Below are positions 8,701 to 17,700 of a stretch of 50,913 nt of DNA, piece by piece. Both the position numbers and the translations under genes were made by a program. The first letter of the stretch is position 1; each line of letters begins with the position of its first letter. This DNA is from a virus (lineage: Duplodnaviria; Caudoviricetes), in the IMG/VR virus record IMGVR_UViG_3300012347_000312, positions 1-50,913 of that record. One strand, 5' to 3'. The notes beneath the pieces were generated by a model that was not told the origin of the DNA, did no database searches, and worked only from the letters and a program-made list of their open reading frames with translations.

Positions 8701-11700
8701 TGGGCTAATGTAACGTGGAACATCAAGCAAGCGATCGTAATATGCAGGCACATCAAAGTCAGACATTTGCCCATCATACATGTCCTGGCCATTGTATGTT
8801 AAATTAAATTCTCTAATTTGTACATGGTAAGGTTTAACTTCTCGAATGTAATCAAGCACAAAGTCTTGATTATCTTGTCGGAAGATCTGGAACGGCAACA
8901 ACTCACGAATCTTGTGATTTACATCAATCAAACTAGTCTTAGTCAACCACTCAGGTGCTTCAAACTCGCTCAGCATGTAGTTAAATGCTAGAATCAATGC
9001 TTTGTTACGATAAATTGCCAAATCATCAATAAACAATTCTTCGTTAATTGCTTGGATAATTTTTCTAGTTTCGATAACTGGCTCAGAGTCAAAGTATTGT
9101 ACATCAAACACTTCAACGTCAAATCCAAAGCGTCCAGCTGCATAATCCCATAATACATTGCTAAACGCAATAGTGCCATCTTCTAAACCAACACGAGCCC
9201 ATCCGTCAACTACTCGTTGATAGATCTCCCACTTATTTTGTGAGTTAGCAGTAACTTTTACGCTAGCACCAACTGGGATTGTTAGTTCTATTGTGACCAA
9301 GTCTGCGTAAATTGGAACTTCGGCGACTAAAACTTGTGTATTGTTATATCCTGTTTCGAACCAATCAATGTAACTCCAATATTTTCTTGTATCGTAGTTT
9401 TGAACTCTTGATAGTTGAGTATAACGTGGTGCACCAACTAAGTCTGTTCCTTGAACTACAGTGTAGATAGTCCATAGGCCACCGTTACTACTGTCTGAAT
9501 CAATGAGATACTTGTAACCAACATTAACTTCATACAAGTTTTGATATGACAATTCTTGAATGTTGTTTAATCGCTTATTCCATTCCCCGCTAGCAGCAGT
9601 CGGCTCTGGTTCTGAACTATTCAACAAGATGAATGAACGAGTTTCGGCAATTGGGAATTGAGCTAACACTGAGTTAGAATATGTTAGGTAGTTGTTAAGA
9701 GCATTAAATCTGTCCACAAACATACTCTGACGAGGACGGAACTGCACACCATATCGCTCAGCTGGGCTCAATGTAACATCTGGCACAAGGGCACCAGCTG
9801 CATTTACTCCACAGAAACTATCTTGCAATTTTTTATACAAATTGTCGCTCAAGAAACTATCTGGGTTATCCTGTGCAATTAATTCATATTCAGTGTGAAT
9901 GTTGTCATCATTACGTTCTCTATCAAAGCCAATGTTAATAATAGTATCAGATGCGCTTAGGTATTCTATCGAATTATACAACGCTATAGTGCTAGAATTA
10001 ATTGGTGCAATATAAGAGATTCCCGAGCTACGAGGATTTTCAATGTATCTTGCAATGCCTGTTGTGCTTAATGTTTTGCCAGCAGTAGTATTGATAATAT
10101 CAATACCCGATACCCAGAAGTAATAGCTAGTAACGAACACTCCTTGTTGATTTAAGTTGGTTCTAACTGTGTAGCTAATAGCATTTAATGGAGTACCTGG
10201 TCCAGAATACGAAGCTGGCGGAACAGCACTTTCGACCCATTGATAAATGTCAACAGTGCTTCCAGGGAATAGTTGGCCCCAACGACGGCTTGTATATACA
10301 ATATCATTTTGGTTTGGATCAATGAATCTTGAAGATCTAATATCCCACCAAATTTTTCCTACATTCTCTTCTGCCCAGAAGTTACCATTATTGTTCATTG
10401 GGCCTGCATTATATTTTGCAGGGTCGTCTGATCCAATAAAATCAATGTTTTGTCTTGCGGCACCAAGAATCTTACCTTGTAACGGGTTGATATAATCAAG
10501 GAATTGTGTCTTGCTTGATTGCAACTTATTGTACATGTAGACATTGTTAAACAAAGTTACATCTGCGGTTGGCTCTTGGACGTGTATAGGATACCACGCT
10601 GGACGGTTTGTTGTATTTTCAAATATGTCAACTTTGCCGTAGTTTACCGAGCTGTCACCAAGGTCGCTGCCCGGTGCGCCCACTAACAATCTGCCGCTAA
10701 CATAACTAACCGCGGTACCAAATTGGTCAAGTGGTTCTACTCCGCTGTTATAAATTTGTTGTCCGAAAACAAATTTAACAGGGTTTGCAATACTCGAGTT
10801 TGCGCTTTGAAGCATATCATATGAATACACGACGCCGCCTTCAACAACTGTCGAGAAGAATGTAGTGCTTCTATCATCAAACACAGTAGTATTGTCATCG
10901 AACGTAACAGGCTCGTAAGTGTTACCGCCTGGAGCGCCCACAATCAATGTTAATGCATCAGATGATATTGACAATGAAGAGCCAAACTTTGCATTTACAG
11001 ACGGGTTAGGACTTGTGATTGTTTGTGTATGCACATAAACATCAAACCCTACGTCATCGAAAAGCGTAGATGTAATGCCAGGTAACACTGATAGCTTATT
11101 AAATTCTGTAGCGGCGTCTGAGTTAATAACACTAATTGTTATTAGACCGTTTCTAACCGACGATGTAATATTTGGTAAATTTGCAGAATTAATATCTGAT
11201 GATAGCAATTCAACCCAGCTACTTGGCTTCCAATAAGCTGTATTAGTAATTTGTGTAGGTACAGGAACAGTTCGAATAGCTTCGTAAATATTGCCATCAG
11301 TAATAACAAAATCACCTTTTGCGTATTCCACTAACGAATCCCATGTCTCAGGTGTCGACAATGTAACTTCGAACCCGCTAACAAGAATAGTCCCACCAGG
11401 CACTAAAGTTGGATACACATTAGTAGATGTTATCACCCCATACAATCTAGCCTGGTTTACATATCGATCCACTGATCCTGCTCGAGCTTGTACTGAGCTA
11501 TCAGTTGGCGACCCAATGTAAAGGCTACAATTAGTTGGGCAAACATCCAATGAGCTTCCAAACCCAGCATTGTCAGAAGGAGTTCCAGCAGCCACAGTTT
11601 GAATTAGATTGAAAATATTATTTTCTATTTCAATTATGTCACCAACATTTAATGTTACAGAACTGTCAAGGATTATATCTGTTCCAACAACTGAATATTG

Positions 11701-14700
11701 TCCATTGATGTACTGTGCAGAATTAGTTAAATATTGCCCATTGAGAATTACTGCCGCAGGATCTTTAAACGCTGCTGGCAATTCAAATGTTGTTTGAGAT
11801 GCGTCATCAACAATATACTTGACGAATCCGCGACTAAACACATAGCTAGCGCCGCTGTTATTAGCAGTAGTGTTTGTATTGGCTGCACCGACCACAACAA
11901 ATCTTCCGCTATCTGTTTGTGCAACACTTGTACCAAATCTATCTATTGGAGATAACCCTGTTACAGACAGTGTGTCAACAAATGTAAATTGTGTCTTTGC
12001 GGTAACTGCAATATTTGTGCCTGCTGCCGGAACGGTATTAAACACAATGTCAAATGCTTCTGCGCTATCGGTATTAAAGTCGTAGTCAATAAACGGTCTT
12101 TGTAAAACTCCGTTAACTGTTACAGACATTGACCAAATATTTTCAATTCCATATAGATATGGGCTAATAGGGAAAATATAATTGTTTGTTATGCCGTTGC
12201 CGCTGATAGTAACCGCAGTAATTCCGCCGTTATCATCAATACCAGTTACTGTTAAAACTAAATCGTTTGTAGGAGTAGTTGGCGCATTAGGTAAAGAATT
12301 TTCTGTTCCTAATGTTGATCCATCTACGGTTACAGTATCGCTGATCGCATAGTCTTCACCTAGAGATGTAATTGTTACAAAATATTCTCCGCGTGTGTTT
12401 GTAACTGTAAACACTGCGCCAGTGCCAGATCCCGATGTGCTGTCTTGACTTATATCGTAATACGTTGCAGTATCTAAAATCTGGCCTTGCTTACGTTGAA
12501 TAATAACTGACTGACCAGCAGGAGGTAATACAGTTAATACCACGCTAGTACCAGTAACCGAATAGTCAACCCCTGGGGCTAACAATTTGTTGTTATAAAC
12601 TACAGAAAGTTGTTCAGGGTATTCAGGATCGATTACAATTTCGTTAGCAAACGAATAGATTTTTGTAACACCGTTAGTGGTGTGTCGAGATACTTGTAAT
12701 TCTACATCCTGGCGGGCAAATGCATAAACTTTGTTGTTGGCCGGAGCGCCAATATACATCCATCGCTCGTCTTTGCTAACTGACACAGAGTAACCAAATT
12801 CGCCGCTGCTAAAATCTTGGTCTGGGGCAACTAGGAGCTGTCGTTGTTCAAACGAATTGCTATCTTCTGCTCGGAATATCGCAGAAGCATATCCCATATT
12901 ATTGTTAGATGCACTTGCGCCTGCAGCCAACCAACTTTGATAGCCAATGTCAACTGCATTGCCGTACCCAACAGTACCAGTAGTCCCTAAATTAAGTATA
13001 GTATTCTCTGCATATCTATTTGAATTATCTCTCAGATATGGATATACTGCACCAATTGGGGTAGACTCTTCGTAAGGAGTTCTATACCCTGGTGCGCCCA
13101 CAGCAGCAATAATATTCTGATTGCCTTGTGTCACAGTGCTACCAAATTGTGCGCCGTACATAGGTGTATCCAATGGCAGAGAATTTGCTACTGTTTGGAC
13201 AAACGGGGTTTGCTTTTCAAGCACTTGCCATAAGCCACTACCGTTGTCATCTACCCATGCCTTAGCACCAGCACCGAGCTCATTAGAATAACTTAAATTA
13301 ATAACGTCACTTGCTTGTGCAACCCGCATAGTTCTTAGAACAACTGCAACACCTTTGCCAGTGATAGTTCTTGCCACTGGAGTTTCAATTACCACTGTAT
13401 TAGCAGACGGCACTGATAACACTCGATGAACACCATCTACGTTGCTAGCGAAGTTTCGAATAACAATAACATCATTTAACGATAAATTATGTTTGCCAGT
13501 GAATGTAACGACCGCAGTAGAATTCAAATTAGAAGTTACTTGTTCCACTGAACCGGGCACAGGCATGCAACGGAATACACCCCAATCGTAAGCATTAATT
13601 TTTGCTGCCCAGATAGTTGTCCCTACACCAATTGAATCTAATACCCCTGGCGCAAGATCTAAATTAGCATCTAAAGAGAATACAGTAAGACTAACGTCGT
13701 CTAAATTAACATATCCAGCAGTAGGCAATGCCGAATCTTGGATCGGTGTCGTAGTTGTTGGGAATACATCCGTTGTCGGAATCTTGTAACTTTGTCTCCA
13801 CAAATCGCTTAACAAAATTTGTTGATCTGCTTGGCTTTCTTGCCCAACATCGACAATTTGAATTGTAGCAGGATCTGCTAACAGCAATGCTTCATTTAGT
13901 CTTAATTCAACAAAGCTCTTATTTGCAGTAGCACCGTATGTTCCGCGAAGTATTGCCCAATTTTCGTAAAGATCGTATTCGGCAGTTTCTTTGTCTGTCT
14001 TAGCATTGCCGATTAATCGTACACTACGAATAGTTCCTTTGTCTTTTAAGAATTGTTTATAAACATTAACTTGGCTAACATCGTCGAGATTCAGTGCGGC
14101 CATGTATTCTCTAGGACGGAATCCAATCAACCCAAATGCAACCAAATCTTGATCTGTTTCTAAATTAGCATTATTAGTGTTATAAGAATTAGCCAATTGA
14201 TCACTTAGGTTAGGTAAGTTTTGCAGCAACCCCTTTTGAATTTTTGTATAGTCGCTCTTAACCCACTCGCTGTAATCAAATTCCAACTTAGGTTGCACAA
14301 TAGTTTGTGCCGACCAGTAGTTGTTCTTGTAGGTAACAATCTCACCCTTGGCATATTTCTTAATTGAAGACCATGGCTCAATGGTTGCACTATTATTGAA
14401 GATAAATCCTTGTGCATCTAATTGACCGTTCCAGTCAGAGTTAATGATAGCAGTAACGTTCACTCTGCTTTGGCGTGCTCCTGTCACAGGTTCGTAAATC
14501 AAATCATTAAAGACGCTAGTGTTATCTAGTACAACAATACTTTCGTAGTTTGTAAATTTAAGATCTAGATAGCTAATAGTTTGTTCGTTTAATGTAGATA
14601 CCTTAAAGATATTTTCGTTACGATCTACTACTAAATTACGCACAGGTACAGTAGTTCTATTTTGATCAAGTATGCTGTTCTCAGGAGTTTGAACCACAAT

Positions 14701-17700
14701 GCTGTCAATGATAGCTTGAGGGCGAGTAGCAGTTAGACTGAAAGCAGTTGGATTAAGGTTAACAACTGCGCCTGGCTCCCATCCTTGATTAGCCCAATAT
14801 AAAAATTCCTGAGCCATTTGATTCCAGTTGAGAGAGTATCCATTTTCTCTGTCACTGAATACTACGCCCTGTTGTTCAAGTAACGCACCGTAGCTTAACA
14901 GGAAGTCAACTACTACAGTTTTGTTAGTAAACACATATCCATAAGGCACCTGCACAACTTCATCAGTATATTGAGTAGGAACAGTTATATTCTGACCGCC
15001 TGCGCTGATTGTAGTTTTTGTGCCGTATGTTTTGCTAACCAATGTATTAAAATATGGCGCAGTAATGCTATAGCCGTAAACTGCATAACCATTTTCTACC
15101 ACTTGGAAAATAACAGAACTGTATACTATGCGTTCAAACGGTTGATTTTTATATAGCATCAAGCTATAACTTTCGTCTGGCAACAACAAACTAGAATTCA
15201 GGCTGTTAGGGCTAGACTTCTCTGTGTAAATCTTCAAGTACTGTTTGTCAGTGAATGCACCAACGCGATAGCACAAACGAACATCAAGGCTTGCAAGATC
15301 CTTTGTTAAATTTTCAGAAGTGTGTACTCCTGTTTGCTGGTTATAGTCAACAATCCAGTTAATAAAACTGGCTTTGCTTGTGCCCAATCCGTATACCTGA
15401 ACGCCATTGGCATCAAGTCTATAACGTCCGTTATACAGATACTGATTGTAATCAGTATCAAATTTATAAAGATCTCTGTCTGCAAACAATGCGAAGAATT
15501 CTGCAGGACGAGTTAGTGCTAACAAACGCATTAATGCAAATGGGTAACTAGAACTACGTCTCCATGAGTATTCAACTGGGCCTTCGTCGCCAACTGCCCA
15601 TGATTTCTGGAATTGACTCGAATCGTACGAACCAATTACACTGTCAAATGGGCTTAACAATTCGCCTTCGGTACCAGTTGGGATAACTTCAGTTAACCGT
15701 GGACGAGAATACTGTGGCAAGTAATATTCGCCAGCAGGGTCTGCAACTTTACCAGCTGCAAGATCGTCCCATAGAACTAAGTTGTCGCTAGTATAAGGTG
15801 CAGCGCCGTACACATCTTCCCACCATGTTGGCTCGATGCTAAATCCAAGCATTTCCCATGGTGTGGTATTTGGACTAGTAGTATCGTAGAAGAATTGATA
15901 CAACCCTCTCCATGCGCCAACTGGCACTGGAACTTCTTTCGGTCCAGTTAATTTGTTACCACAAGCACTATAATTCCAAGTAAACTCATTTGTTGAAATG
16001 TAATCTTGTGATTGATAGTTAAGTTTGTTCCAACCGATCCAACTCAAGAAGTCAGTAGATAAGATTGTATTAATTTCGTTTAATGTATAATCAGTTGTTC
16101 TAAATTGTCCAGGGATAACATCAACCGCAGTTACCGGAATCTTACTATGAACTTTTAAGTTATTAAAAATACGAGTTTCAAATTCTAACAATAGATCATC
16201 GCGGAAATCGCCGAACGCAGCGGTTAAGCTACCGTCGTGACCTTGAATCATTGTTTGAGGAGTTATGTAGTTTGTGTCTACATAAATGCGCGGTCTAAAC
16301 GCAGGATACAATCCCATTTTTGTTGGGGTATTTGGAACAAAATTACCATTGGTACTAGCATATTCTCTGATAGTAACAGTATCACCAACTGATAAAGTAG
16401 TTGTGATAGTCAACTGAGGACTATCCGAAGATACAGTGTAATCTTTGTTGATCATTAACAAAGTATCGTTCAAGTAAACTAACAATCCTTTGTAATTTGA
16501 ACTTGTAAAATCGTAGGTTGTAGACAAATCAAACACATTTGTGCTGATTGGAGTAATTTTTACAACAGTCTGGCTATAGATAGAACTAGCTGGCACCATG
16601 TCTGACCAGTAGAATGGTGACGTTTCAATCTTGCCAGTGTTGATATCGTTGATTGCTGCCGTAAGCATGTTAGGAATGGTGTAGTTCGTATAATCATTAC
16701 GAGTTACAGTATCCAACAATTGTGCTTTAAATTTTTCATATTCGCGGCTGTTGTATTCGAGTGCTGCAAAAATATTATATTCTTGGCTGCGCATAAAGTA
16801 GCCAGCCATGGTCATTGGCGAACTTTGTTGCAAGATGTTTTCGCCGTAAGGAATAATATTACCTAAGTCTCGTGTATTGTTAGCACCGTTGATCTTTCCT
16901 GTTAGTCCTTTGAGGTTCTCGCCAATTGATTCATAGTGAGATCTTACTGTACCCAGGGTAAAGGTTTTGCTGTTGCCGTTCAGTGGGTTGTTTTCCAAGT
17001 TAACAGGAACTTGATAGAACCCATACTTGCTTGTTAAATCACTAAGTGCATCAACTTCAATGCTGCTACCTAGACCATCAATTAAATTTGAATTAATTAC
17101 AATAGTTGTGGTATCGTTGGAAACAGTAAAAGTATAATCACTTGGATCAACAAAAATGCCACTTACATAAATTTGAAGTGCAGGAAACACAGAAGTTGTA
17201 TCAACCGGAATGTCAAGAACTAAAGGTGCACCAGTATATGTAAAACTAAACTGTTGTCGAGCTATACTCTTTGCTGCGGCAGGTTGCCAGCCAATTTCTT
17301 TTACGTAAGCTGTTCGTGTACTGTATTCTCTTACATTACCTTGGCTAATAAGTTCAGTGTTTGACACACTGTCTTTGGTGTAAGTGAACTGGTCAGCATA
17401 TAAGTTATTGGCAAATACAATATCACCAACATTGCTCAAGCTCAAATACTTTAGTGGGAAACCTAATACAGTGTCATCTGTACCAGTGCCTACTGCATAA
17501 GAGAATAGTTTACTGCCAACAAAGTTAGTCGATGGATAGGTAACACGGTCGCCGAGACTAATATTGTTAACATCATACACATTAAACAATGGTGCCTGGT
17601 TGGTTTGAGTCTTTTGTTGTGATGCTAACCACTCAACTCCGTCGAAGTAAAAACTCTTACCTTGTTGGATAACTCCCGACAAACATACTACAGTTTGTTC

